64,000 nucleotides of DNA from Candidatus Bathyarchaeota archaeon (GTDB lineage Archaea > Thermoproteota > Bathyarchaeia > Bathyarchaeales > Bathycorpusculaceae), in the NCBI GenBank assembly GCA_963775685.1, contig CAVZJV010000014.1:1472001-1536000 (forward strand), given 5' to 3'. The position numbers and the translations under genes are program-made. Under the pieces are notes generated by a model. It saw nothing but the letters and a program-made list of their open reading frames with translations. It made no database searches and had not been told where the DNA came from. Positions 10,771 through 20,197 of this stretch are shown here, in pieces (within the stretch, counting starts at the first letter, position 1; each line of letters begins with the position of its first letter).

Positions 10771-11148
10771 TTAAGAGAATTTTATGTTACTTTGACCTTC
10801 AAAGCCGGATTCGGGGGTTGGTTTTTTGAGGCTTTCGGGGGCTTGCTTTTTGTTTAGGCGAATCAGAAGTTTATGATTTTTCTTGACCAAAACCAAATTG
10901 GTTTCTTCAATGTTATCGACAATGACCTCTCCATTGTATTTCATGCGGCTCTCGTAACCCAATTCTTTTAATTCATTCATCAAAAGTTCGCGTGATTTTC
11001 TCAAATCTTCGCTCGAGGTTTCTGGACCTCTCCCAAAGCAGAAAATCAAAACCTTCTTCTGCGAGTCATAATGTGCCTTAGTTCCTTTGCCAATGTTTTC
11101 CACATGGCCCCATTCTATTTTTCCGGTGGGATTCACCAAAATTTGCAC
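10771..11148 (-). CDS. Hypothetical protein, immediately downstream of aIF2-alpha
   Basis: 125-aa ORF starting 4 nt after eif2a stop. Confidence 0.55.
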   Translation of the reverse strand: MQILVNPTGKIEWGHVENIGKGTKAHYDSQKKVLIFCFGRGPETSSEDLRKSRELLMNELKELGYESRMKYNGEVIVDNIEETNLVLVKKNHKLLIRLNKKQAPESLKKPTPESGFEGQSNIKFS

Positions 11149-11151
11149 CTT

Positions 11152-11940
11152 CTATTTTTCCCGCTTAAACGTACCATGACCGCCTGCTTTGGTAATGTTT
11201 TTGACAACGCTTTCGCTAACCTTATCAAGCACTTCTTCGGCACGTTTCCAGTTGTCAGCTGACACTTCGACGCTGTATTTTGGGGCAGCGATTACGGCGA
11301 ATTCGACTTTGGCATCTTTTGCTTCTTGGGTTTTCTTGGCGTTGGTAAATGCTTGCTGGATACACCTTACACCGTTGGGTTCCATGCAACGAACTTCAAT
11401 GACGCCTTTGACTTTAACGGTCTTGATTTTTATGCGTTCCTCTGCAACCTGGGCGATGACCTTGACGAGGTTTTCAGGAATGGCAAGTTTGGTTAAGATA
11501 TCTGCGCCTTCTTTGACCACTTTTTCAAAGCCGTCGTACAAACCGAATTTTTCTTCAAGAATTACTCCGGCTTGTTGGTAGACTTCATGTATGGATAACC
11601 CTGTTTTTTCTGCAACTGCATGGAGAAGTGCGTCGCCTTTGCGGTCTTTTTTCCATGATTTGATTTTTTCGATTCGTTCACGTTTAGTTACGCGTCTTAA
11701 TGATAGGTCAATGTGTCCTTTTTCAACGTCCACGCGAAGAACTTTAAGGACCATTTTTTGGTTTTCACGAACAAAGTCACGGACGTTTCTTATGCGGGCG
11801 CTGGAGATTTCAGAAATATGGAGAAAGCCCCGTCGGCTATACTCATCCAGGTTAGCGTATGCTCCGTAGTCCATTACGCTTTCTATCGTGGCGATTACGA
11901 GGTCGCCCGATTCTGGCCATTCAGGTTTATGTTCAGACAT
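11152..11940 (-). CDS. eif2a: Translation initiation factor aIF2 alpha subunit
   Basis: S1 domain WPESGDLVIAT, YGAY..LDEY, LHISEIS, KGHIDLSLRRV; C-terminal AAPKY. Confidence 0.96.
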   Translation of the reverse strand: MSEHKPEWPESGDLVIATIESVMDYGAYANLDEYSRRGFLHISEISSARIRNVRDFVRENQKMVLKVLRVDVEKGHIDLSLRRVTKRERIEKIKSWKKDRKGDALLHAVAEKTGLSIHEVYQQAGVILEEKFGLYDGFEKVVKEGADILTKLAIPENLVKVIAQVAEERIKIKTVKVKGVIEVRCMEPNGVRCIQQAFTNAKKTQEAKDAKVEFAVIAAPKYSVEVSADNWKRAEEVLDKVSESVVKNITKAGGHGTFKREK

Positions 11941-12403
11941 TATTTACAGCCTACTAAAGGAAGACCTATCTTTATTTTGACTGGTTTGTATTCTATGTTA
12001 AAGATAAGTTTTTCTACTAAAAGAAACGACATTTGGAACACTTTAACGTTTTGATTACGACGCTTCAAGAAAAACATAGGCACCATAATAAAGCAAGTGA
12101 GTGCATGTTTTCTCTAAGTAAGTGTCTTTTCGTTCACACTTCCACGCGCAGGCGCCTCGTATACTCTTTGAAGGAAAAATACAATTTTATTTTTCAACAC
12201 TTACTCTAAATCAATCGGGTAGACTAAGAACCAACAAACTAAGAAAAGATAGATCTTTCCCATCGGAAAGGAGACGAGCGCAACGCCTATTGGTATAGCT
12301 AAGATAAGTTTGTTTTAGCCATTCTTTGAGTATATTATTTCAAGCCTTCGCTTTCTCAGGTTAATTTTCACCCCAAGTTGAGCAGCCGTTCTTTAGTTAT
12401 TAA

Positions 12404-12543
12404 GAAGCGTTGTTCCAAGGCGAGACAGCTAATATCTCAGAAGTAGCTAAGTAAGAAAAGCGATTTGCGATTTAGTAGAATCAAGTTTTGCGTATTCTAC
12501 AGAATTTGAGGGTGCTAAAATCTTTAGAAAACGTAATTTTTAG
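12404..12543 (+). pseudogene. Relic C-terminus of the tRNA-Leu tyrosine integrase
   Basis: Translates EALFQGETANISEVAK*/ICDLVESSFAYSTEFEGAKIFRKRNF* versus intact EALFQGEIDYISKVAK..ICVLIEAGFEYVTEFEGLKFFRKRKT*; DNA gaagcgttgttccaaggcga vs gaagcattgttccaaggcga. Confidence 0.88.
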
Positions 12544-12583
12544 CAAAAGCGTCACCCTAACTGACCCTTATACGTATTGCTTA

Positions 12584-12620
12584 TAATGATGGAGGGATTC
12601 GCACCCTTTACAAGTGAAGA
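12584..12620. repeat. att-like junction J1 (decayed tRNA-Leu 3' end plus element arm)
   Basis: taatgatggagggattcgcaccc-tttacaagtgaaga, ~40 nt after the integrase relic. Confidence 0.6.
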
Positions 12621-12653
12621 CTTTGGTCTAAAGCATACTTTGAGAATTGACTA

Positions 12654-13784
12654 TTACATTTTTTTAAAGTCTTCTAATGCTTTCTTCAAATCCATTGCCG
12701 CATTAAAAGATAGATCATCACGGTCATATTCAATTCTTTTTAAACCCTTAAGATTTGAGGGTAGTTCTACTTTTCTTTCAACCAGCAAAACAACTTGCGT
12801 GTTATATTTTAGATAAGCCGCATTAATTTCTGAGGTCACATTTGAATTAAGGAGGTAGAGTCCGCTATACCTTCTTTCTTGTTCAGCAGCAGCGATGTTT
12901 ATTATTGCACAATCACAGTCCCTCATTAACCCAAACGTATTATCCGAGATTGGTACAGTTGTTTCTTCTTTGTCACCAACAGCATAGTCATAATGAAGAA
13001 ACTCTAGCATTTTTTTCACTTGGTCAGCTACCTTAGTGTTGCTATTTGATATGAAAACTCGGGGTTTTAGGCCTTCTTTTTGGGGTATACTGGGCATTTT
13101 TTCCATTTTTTCAGATGGTCTTGTTTCCGTCAATAGGTCTTCTGCCATACTTCCTCTAAGTGGAGCTTCAAAAGTCACCGGCGAACGAGCTAAACTTTCG
13201 ATCCTGTTCGAGTAGCGTTTATTCAATAGTTCATTTATAGGTAACAATTGAAGCTCAATGCCATTATCCATGGCTGTTATTTTTCCTTCAATGGTATCTT
13301 TATCAAAACTTAATGCTACAATTGTGCCCTTTTGTGCTCTTCCCTTTACTAGTACTTTGACAAAGTCTTGCACCTCAGCCAAGCCGGCATGATCGGATTG
13401 TATAATCAAAAGCGGTTGACCCCCGGCGGTAAACCCATTCACGCCCAAAGATGGGTCACCTGATTTGCCATTGAATCGTTTAATAACCCACTCTTCGAAG
13501 TTACGGGATGAAAATTTTCGCAGGCTTTTTTCATTGACTTTTCTCTTCTTAACGAAAACGAATGCAGACACAACTCCAACAACAGTTATCGCCGCTATGA
13601 TTCCACCAATGAGTAATAAATCAGGGGCGCTTCCTTGGTCTGCTGTTTCTGTTGGCGATGGCTGTAACGTAGACTTTGGTGTTGCTTTCGGTGTTACTGT
13701 TTGACAGTGTGCTATTTGGGAAATGACTATTGCTGAAAAAAGGAAAAAAGCAATAAAAATAACTGAGATTATTTTTTTATTCAT
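12654..13784 (-). CDS. Membrane-anchored protein with degenerate Mrr-like domain and C-terminal TIR-like (Cap12/Pycsar-type) domain
   Basis: Signal peptide, PT linker, TM plus KKRK; FEEWV...GVNG...EVQDF...KGTIVALSF (Mrr-like); RVFIS...DCDCAII...NVTSEI...ELPSNLKG..RIEY (TIR-like). Confidence 0.75.
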   Translation of the reverse strand: MNKKIISVIFIAFFLFSAIVISQIAHCQTVTPKATPKSTLQPSPTETADQGSAPDLLLIGGIIAAITVVGVVSAFVFVKKRKVNEKSLRKFSSRNFEEWVIKRFNGKSGDPSLGVNGFTAGGQPLLIIQSDHAGLAEVQDFVKVLVKGRAQKGTIVALSFDKDTIEGKITAMDNGIELQLLPINELLNKRYSNRIESLARSPVTFEAPLRGSMAEDLLTETRPSEKMEKMPSIPQKEGLKPRVFISNSNTKVADQVKKMLEFLHYDYAVGDKEETTVPISDNTFGLMRDCDCAIINIAAAEQERRYSGLYLLNSNVTSEINAAYLKYNTQVVLLVERKVELPSNLKGLKRIEYDRDDLSFNAAMDLKKALEDFKKM

Positions 13785-14069
13785 GTTTTAACATCCCTTG
13801 GCATGGCTAATGGCTATCTTCCGATCATAGGTAAATGCCTACGGTGAATAGGAAGTTATTGTATCATTGTCTTAAATAATTTGGGTAGGAATTTTTTGCC
13901 TCAATTTTTCATTGACCTTTTTCGTGTATAGGCAATAAATTCTGAAAGGTTAATGCAATATTTACAAAAGAAAGCCCTCTCTTAGGAGCATACCACCATA
14001 TCGAATAATTGAAAAAAGCAGAAAGCAACAAACTTTTAATCCAAGTCAAACCAATAAAAGCCGAAGCAA

Positions 14070-14291
14070 GTGGATAAAATGGACAGAAAATTAAAAACTA
14101 TACCCGAACCTCAAAAGGGAACCAAAACAGTTTTTGCATCAAAAACGTTGCCAGTAATAAAAAGCAAGGGAGGCAATACTGCCTATTTATGTGGCAATTG
14201 TGGAGCAAAAATAGGCCAAACAATAATCGAGGGAAAATTCAAGAATGTTGTGTTAAAGTGTCCAACATGCAATCTCTACAACGAAGTGTAG
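14070..14291 (+). CDS. Small zinc-ribbon protein
   Basis: YLCGNCG and KCPTCNLYNE. Confidence 0.65.
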   Translation: MDKMDRKLKTIPEPQKGTKTVFASKTLPVIKSKGGNTAYLCGNCGAKIGQTIIEGKFKNVVLKCPTCNLYNEV

Positions 14292-14596
14292 TTTAGGTCA
14301 CTGCAGAGACTAAATAGAGGCACCGAAAGGATTCCGTTATCGTTACGTCTTTATTGTTCCAACTTTTTGCTGGAATAAGGACGTGGGTATCTATTTTTTA
14401 TTCGTTGTTATTGCTAAGGCGTATTTACTCTGATTTGGTTTTATAATTTGTTTTTTTGTGGCTGTATTTTTATTTTGCGTTTTGTTAGTTCCAACTATTG
14501 TGGGACGCAGTTGCAGCAGCAACAACTGTATTTGCTGCTTCTCCAAAAATAGTTTCTGTTTATCGGTTGCTGTCTTGTCTCAAAAAATGTTTAGAT

Positions 14597-14620
14597 TGGC
14601 GCCCTGGGTTGGGATTTGAG
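14597..14620. repeat. Possible att-like junction J2
   Basis: tggcgccctgggttgggatttgag resembles a reversed tRNA 3' end; weak. Confidence 0.35.
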
Positions 14621-14896
14621 TCACTAGTTCTCAAAAGATAACTTTGTTATAGCTCTGATTTTTGTTTTTGTGGGGTGAGACGCGCCGGAAGTTCCTCATC
14701 CTATGATTGGTTGTGAGGGTGGCTTCTTTTTTGGTTTAGGCCGTTTTTCTGGTTGTGTTGGGATGGGGGGAGCGATTTTTTTGCTGGAAAGCTATGTTGG
14801 ATAGGTGGGATGAGGATGGGGTTGTATGTTTGGTTTCTATTTTGAGGGTTGTATGAGTTGTGTGTTGGGGTGGGGTTGTATTTGGTGCGTTGTTGT

Positions 14897-14956
14897 GGTT
14901 TTGAATTTGTCACCGAGTTTGTGGACACTAAAATCTTTATAAAACGCAAGCTTTAG
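14897..14956 (+). pseudogene. Second relic integrase C-terminus
   Basis: GFEFVTEFVDTKIFIKRKL* versus GFEYVTEFEGLKFFRKRKT* (12/19 identical). Confidence 0.8.
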
Positions 14957-15005
14957 AACAAAAACCAAAGGATCCCCGCGGCGGGACTCTACAGTTTTGT
15001 TTTAT

Positions 15006-15035
15006 ATAGTAGGGCACAAGGTGAGATTTGAACCC
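15006..15035. repeat. att-like junction J3
   Basis: atagtagggcacaaggtgagatttgaaccc is 23/30 identical, ungapped, to 42633-42662 (tRNA-Leu 3' end); ~50 nt after the integrase relic. Confidence 0.8.
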
Positions 15036-15197
15036 TTTATCCTGTAAAGATGTCGCTTGCATTTCCTTTTTTTAAACGGTTTGGCGCTTCAGTTTTTAAA
15101 TAAGGGCATGAATGCGATTTAGTTAGCAAATTTCAATCTGATTCGTTTAGATATAATATAATTTTTTTTCAATTCAATTAGCATTTTTAATACCAAT

Positions 15198-15440
15198 TTA
15201 AGTGCAGAATCGTAGCCATCCACAGTATTCTTTGCTTGAGTCTTTATCCGCATAAGTTCGCACCACAATTTCTTTTCCAATACCTTCATCAGTAAACTGA
15301 ATTGAACCTTCCTTAAGCCATATCAAAGCATCCACATACCCATGCTCCGAGTCTGAAAGCTCATCTACCATAGATGATTCTGCCTTCTGCCTGATCATTT
15401 CCTCAATCTTTTCTTTTAACACGCTCTCAACCTTGCCCAA
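15198..15440 (-). CDS. Hypothetical protein
   Basis: 80-aa ORF with GGTGA SD before TTG. Confidence 0.5.
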   Translation of the reverse strand: MGKVESVLKEKIEEMIRQKAESSMVDELSDSEHGYVDALIWLKEGSIQFTDEGIGKEIVVRTYADKDSSKEYCGWLRFCT

Positions 15441-15941
15441 TTCTTCTCACCAATCCGATTACTTATTTGTCATAGAGTTAAATAGCTGTCGGCTAAACAA
15501 CCGCGCTCCATTAAACCCTAAATAAAAAGACGCTTGTTAGCATCTTGCTCTTTTCTGTCAGTTTCAGCAAACTGTGAAAAGCGCTAACTGGCTTGAGAGA
15601 GTTCTATATTTCCTTTGTATTGAATTTAAGCGTTTAAGAAAGCTAACCATGTGATTCGTACAAGAGGTTTTAACAAGGTATTCGTTTAGATTTTGGTTTA
15701 AATTCTTTTTAGAAATCAAAAAAAATCTGGTCAAATTCTAAGCTTGCTTCTTTTTCAGAAACCCGAACAATGAAGCATTTGTTATTTGCATAGTGTAGTT
15801 TGCCTTTTCTAAGTGGGCGTTATGTGCGTTCTTAACATTTACAATATCAAACACACTTGTTCTTTGAATAGAGACAGATTTCAGCAGTCACCACCATCTA
15901 CAATCACCTAACTTGAATCACCAGTTTTTTACTTATAAAAA

Positions 15942-16003
15942 TGCAGGATTGGGATTCAAACCCTTCTGTAAAGGAAGAAATCACCCACGTCAACCCCATT
16001 TTT
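15942..16003. repeat. att-like junction J4
   Basis: tgcaggattgggattcaaaccc (cf. tgcagggggtgggattcgaaccc) followed by aaggaagaaatcac...aaccccatttttt, shared with J5. Confidence 0.7.
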
Positions 16004-16008
16004 TAAAA

Positions 16009-17376
16009 CTAGACGAAAAAATAGCAAGGAAATGAAAAAATGTTAGAAGAAAAAATAGCAAAGCGCACCTTATGTGTTGATTCTCTTGATGAAGGAGCTT
16101 TCGATTTCAACCTTTTGAATATTAGGATAATCACCAACAAAACAACGACAATAACAAGTGCCACCACTATAATGATTGGTAGGTAGGCCGAAGAGTTAGA
16201 ATTGACTGGATTTGCGAATGCATAAACATTGCGAGCACCCGAGCCAATATAGACTACGCCGTTAGCAACGACAGGAGATGATTGAACTGCATGGTTGCGG
16301 TCGCTAATTGTGTAATTCCATAGTATGTCACCGCTTATAGCGTTTAAGACGTAAAGGTTGTCATCATTAGAAGCAATATACACAACTCCATTTGCAGCAG
16401 CAGGAGATGTCACTCCATTTACTGCACCAGGGGAGGTCTCGCTCAAGTTACCCAAAGATTGATTCCAAATTTTTTCACCATTATTAGTATTCAAAGCATA
16501 AACGCTGCCATCACCACTTGAGCCAACATATAAAACATCATCCAAAACAGCAGTAGGTTTCAAAAAAGAACCTAGACCAGTTTGTTTAAACAAACTGTTG
16601 CTCCATAACAATGATCCATTAACAGAGCTCAATGCGGAAACATTAGAACCAACACCTATGTACAACGTCTCGTCAACGAGGGTAGGAAACGCTGCAGAAT
16701 TGTTAGTGCTATAATCCCAAAGATTTTTGCCATTAGTTGCATTTAAGGCATAAACATCGCTATTAAATGTAAATATGGGAATAAAAACACTAGAAACTGC
16801 GAATACTACCCCATCTTGAACAATGGGCGACCCCACTCCACCTATAATATGGTGCTTCCAAACCTCTTCACCAGTTGACCCATTCAAAGCAACAAGGTTA
16901 CCGTCACTTAGGCATATATACACAATTCCATCAGCAACCGCTGGAGAAGAACTAACCGCGTCCCCAGCAGGATAGCTCCAAAGTTTAGCCCCGTTTGTAG
17001 CGTTGAAAGCATAAACATTACCATCAAAAGAACCTACATATACTACACCGCTGGCGACAGCTGGTGAAGAGCCTCTAACAGGAATAGAGTAGTTCCACAA
17101 CTTGTCTCCGTTTGCAGCGTTGAGAGCATAGAGGTTACCAGCATAGCTCACCTGGGTTCCCTTATAGATTACGTCTTCACATCCTACGTAGAGCACACCA
17201 TTGTCGATAGTTGGAGATGACCACACCCCATTGCTAGTTGCATATTTCCAAAGCAATGTAGCGCTAGGAGACAAACTATTATTCGCACCATTTGTCGCAG
17301 AAACTGGTTTAGAGATAATTAGGCTAGGCAAAGTCAGGGACATCGTAATAAGTAAGAACGCTAAGATTTTTCTCAT
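16009..17376 (-). CDS. Secreted PQQ-like beta-propeller repeat protein with C-terminal membrane anchor
   Basis: Repeated SSPAV..GVVYVGS.DG.VYALNA.TG..LW; signal peptide from MRKILAF (ATG 17376); TM plus basic tail. Confidence 0.9.
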   Translation of the reverse strand: MRKILAFLLITMSLTLPSLIISKPVSATNGANNSLSPSATLLWKYATSNGVWSSPTIDNGVLYVGCEDVIYKGTQVSYAGNLYALNAANGDKLWNYSIPVRGSSPAVASGVVYVGSFDGNVYAFNATNGAKLWSYPAGDAVSSSPAVADGIVYICLSDGNLVALNGSTGEEVWKHHIIGGVGSPIVQDGVVFAVSSVFIPIFTFNSDVYALNATNGKNLWDYSTNNSAAFPTLVDETLYIGVGSNVSALSSVNGSLLWSNSLFKQTGLGSFLKPTAVLDDVLYVGSSGDGSVYALNTNNGEKIWNQSLGNLSETSPGAVNGVTSPAAANGVVYIASNDDNLYVLNAISGDILWNYTISDRNHAVQSSPVVANGVVYIGSGARNVYAFANPVNSNSSAYLPIIIVVALVIVVVLLVIILIFKRLKSKAPSSRESTHKVRFAIFSSNIFSFPCYFFV

Positions 17377-17413
17377 AGTTACGTTTGGAATGATATAGAA
17401 TAAAAGTCTATTC

Positions 17414-17527
17414 GTAAAACTTTCTTGACTAAATTCTGGAGAGCGATGCCGTGACTTAGTCAAACTTTCTTGACTGATAAAAGTGTTGGATTCACCACAT
17501 CACTGGAAAATGCCAAAGTTCCTTGAC
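17414..17527. promoter_or_regulatory. Three GTCAAG-N4-CTTGAC-type palindromes upstream of the PQQ gene promoter
   Basis: gtaaaactttcttgac 17414, gtcaaactttcttgac 17459, gccaaagttccttgac 17512; the first abuts BRE/TATA on the minus strand. Confidence 0.65.
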
Positions 17528-17550
17528 TTGGCTTGTTTTGATGTTTTATG

Positions 17551-17646
17551 CAGGATAAAAAAGCTACACCCCCTGGCGGTTTAGGCAGCCGTGGCATCAA
17601 ACCCTCTTTGAATGGAGAAATCACTTTCGCATAACCCCATTTTTTT
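17551..17646. repeat. att-like junction J5
   Basis: caggata..acaccccctg..gtggcatcaaaccc..tggagaaatcac..aaccccatttttt; left part matches the integrase-tRNA spacer 42606-42621. Confidence 0.7.
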
Positions 17647-17670
17647 CTTCATTTTGATTTTGGCTTATAG

Positions 17671-19302
17671 TTACTTACTCTGACTCGCTTTTGCTCTTCT
17701 GCCTTTTATTATTACTTGAAGCGCAATCACAAATACTGTCACAACTGCTGCGGCAGCCACCAATCCATAGAGCACTTCAAGCCAGCTCAATTGATCCTGG
17801 GATCCATTATTTGAAGCCGTTGGACTTGGAGAAACAGTCATAGTGAACATGATTGATATTTGATGTGAACTAAAGGGGGTAATGCACCATACATAATAGT
17901 TGTTGCTGTCCTGTGTGTAGTCTTGATTTGAAGTTGGTTGACCATCAATGAATATTATTGGTTTCGTGCCATATGTTACCGAGTTTTTTGGAATAGTAAC
18001 GTTACCAAAACCTGCTGTTCCGCTTTGACCCGTTACAGTGAACGATAATGTTGTTGTAGATTCAGATTGGTTTGTTGCCAGTACCACATTTGACATTTGT
18101 GAACTGGTTATGTTTCCATGGATAGTTAGTTCAATCGTTGAACCATTATCTGTCATCGCTGGTACAGTTATTGATGAAGGAGATGGCAATGGAGTAGGAC
18201 TTGGCGTTGGAGTTGCAGTTTGAGTAGGTGTTGTTGAAGGAGTTGGAGTTGGGTTTTTTGGTGTTGGAGTCGGAGTTGGAGTGGGTGTTGGGAAAGATGA
18301 AGAGGTGTTAAATGGTGAAATGAGGGGGTAATTGTCGAAGTAGACAGTATTTCCATCCCAGTTAGCTACGAGCGGATATGGCGTGTTTCCAATTCCTGTG
18401 TGATCAATTTCTGTTCCCGAATAATCGCTCCAGTAGTTGCCTTCTTTACCGTTATCCCAGTAATTTGCATATCCAGCCCAATCGCTATTTCTTCCAAAAA
18501 GCAAGGCTTGAAAAGTGTTTTGGATGAAATTGTTATGGTAAAAAGTATTGCTTGAAGGCGGTTCAATCGCAAGACCATATTGATTATATGCGAAAGTGTT
18601 GCCGACAACGGTGTTGTTTGAACAATCGTTGTTGAGTTGTAGTCCATAATTGTATGTACTGTTCCCAAAGTAGTTACCAATAATTGTATTGTTTCCGCTT
18701 GCATCAGACAGTAATGCCCCAAAACCATTGTTTACAATGTTGTTGTCTATAATGCTGCAGCCGCTACCGCCCTCAACATATACGCCTGTCCCTCCGCAAG
18801 TCGTTATATTATTCCCTACGATGGTGTTTTCTGAACCGTATTGTAGGAAAATGCCGTTTCCGTATTGAATGGCACTTATGGTGTTGCTTGTGATGTTAAT
18901 GTAGCTTGAAAAATACTCAGCTCTTATTCCGTCTGGTTCAGTTACAGAATATGGGTATCCTTTGTTGTTGCTTACGGTGAAATTTTCGATGGAAACATAG
19001 CTCGCATTAATATAAATGATGTTTTCGGTTGCGTTGTTTGCATCTATGAATGTTGATTCCTGATTTTCTCCGATAAGGTTTATGGATTTGTTTATAACAA
19101 GAGTTTCAAAGTAGGTGCCACTTTTCACGAGTATTGTATCGCCTTGAGAGGCGTTGTCTATAGCGGCTTGAATGGTTGGGTAATCGTTTGGAACAACAAT
19201 CGTTTTGGATTGAGCTTTCACAGTAGCTGGGGGTAGTACAACTAAAGAGGCTAAAAACAACGCAACAAGAACCAGAGCAAAACTCTTGCTTAATCTATTC
19301 AT
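17671..19302 (-). CDS. Secreted NosD/parallel beta-helix protein with PT linker and membrane anchor
   Basis: IVVPNDYPTIQAAID, Asn-rich beta-helix repeats, NTFYHNNF, WDNGKEGNYWSDY, C-terminal TM. Confidence 0.9.
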   Translation of the reverse strand: MNRLSKSFALVLVALFLASLVVLPPATVKAQSKTIVVPNDYPTIQAAIDNASQGDTILVKSGTYFETLVINKSINLIGENQESTFIDANNATENIIYINASYVSIENFTVSNNKGYPYSVTEPDGIRAEYFSSYINITSNTISAIQYGNGIFLQYGSENTIVGNNITTCGGTGVYVEGGSGCSIIDNNIVNNGFGALLSDASGNNTIIGNYFGNSTYNYGLQLNNDCSNNTVVGNTFAYNQYGLAIEPPSSNTFYHNNFIQNTFQALLFGRNSDWAGYANYWDNGKEGNYWSDYSGTEIDHTGIGNTPYPLVANWDGNTVYFDNYPLISPFNTSSSFPTPTPTPTPTPKNPTPTPSTTPTQTATPTPSPTPLPSPSSITVPAMTDNGSTIELTIHGNITSSQMSNVVLATNQSESTTTLSFTVTGQSGTAGFGNVTIPKNSVTYGTKPIIFIDGQPTSNQDYTQDSNNYYVWCITPFSSHQISIMFTMTVSPSPTASNNGSQDQLSWLEVLYGLVAAAAVVTVFVIALQVIIKGRRAKASQSK

Positions 19303-19341
19303 ACTTACCTTTGAAACGGAAGTTGAGATAAAAGGGTTCTC

Positions 19342-19381
19342 GTAAAACTCTCTTGACTGAGAATCGTCAAGTTTTCTTGAC
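19342..19381. promoter_or_regulatory. Two GTCAAG-N4-CTTGAC palindromes upstream of the NosD gene
   Basis: gtaaaactctcttgac 19342 and perfect-arm gtcaagttttcttgac 19366. Confidence 0.7.
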
Positions 19382-19404
19382 TAAGCTGGCTTTGATGTTT
19401 TATA

Positions 19405-19503
19405 CAGGATATAGAATCTACACCCCCTGACGTTTTGAGCAGCAGTGGTATCGAACCCCACAGGCAGTGGAGACTATTTCAACATCACCCGCAAACCCCC
19501 TTT
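19405..19503. repeat. att-like junction J6
   Basis: caggata..acaccccctg..agtggtatcgaacccc..agtggaga..atcac..aaaccccctttc; homologous to J5. Confidence 0.7.
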
Positions 19504-19633
19504 CTATTGCGCTTGTCATTTCTTTATTACCATTCATCGTGGTGTTTGGACCCCATCTAGTTATTCGCAAAGCTTAAGAATAAACAATCAACAAACTATC
19601 ATTCAGTTCGATTATCAAGGCAGGAAATTTTAA

Positions 19634-20197
19634 TTGTTGATAAAAGGGAAATATCTTTTCTCTCCAAGGGATGAGTTGAGAGACCTCGACATTAATAATT
19701 TTCCATCGATTATTGAAGCATCTGAACGTAGAATTCAAGGATGGTTCTTTAATCCCCTCGAAAAGTTTTTAGCTGACAATAATGACTTTTTTATGGCACC
19801 CGCAGTAGAATGCATTCTGGTCGACGCACTAACTGGTTTCTTCTTTGGCATTTCTGGAGATACTCACAAAGATGACTTTACAGCGTTCTTGAGCCAAAAC
19901 TTGTACGTTCAGAAAGAAGACGCAACAGAATTCTATTTGAGATTTCGATGTGGACTTTTGCATCAGGCTAACATCAAGAAATGTAGCTCCATCACGACGG
20001 AAGTTGAAAGCCTCTATCTTCAAAAGGAAAATGACGTATTATTCATAAATCCAATTGGCTTTCGAAAACAACTCTGAGAATTCTTTACAAGACATGTAAA
20101 GAGGCTTCGTGTGGAAAAAGATATTGAAATTAGGTTTAGAAAGCGTTTCTTTCATCTTTTCGTAGATGAATTCGAGGAAAGCAAATGGACGGGATAG
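19634..20197 (+). pseudogene. HEPN-like (RxxxxH) protein with internal TGA at 20075
   Basis: FRCGLLH motif; after the TGA the frame continues EFFTRHVKRLR...FRKRFF to TAG 20197. Confidence 0.6.

Noticed and set aside
1734-11869. Long antisense ORFs over housekeeping genes
   Set aside because: Shadow frames of well-supported genes with no motifs of their own
14701-14949. 82-aa minus-strand ORF
   Set aside because: By-product of the G/T-skewed low-complexity tract; overlaps the integrase relic on the other strand
15700-15875. Third relic of the tRNA-Leu integrase (VMCVL..YNIKHT, IETDF)
   Set aside because: Similarity is too fragmentary to support by eye; needs tBLASTn
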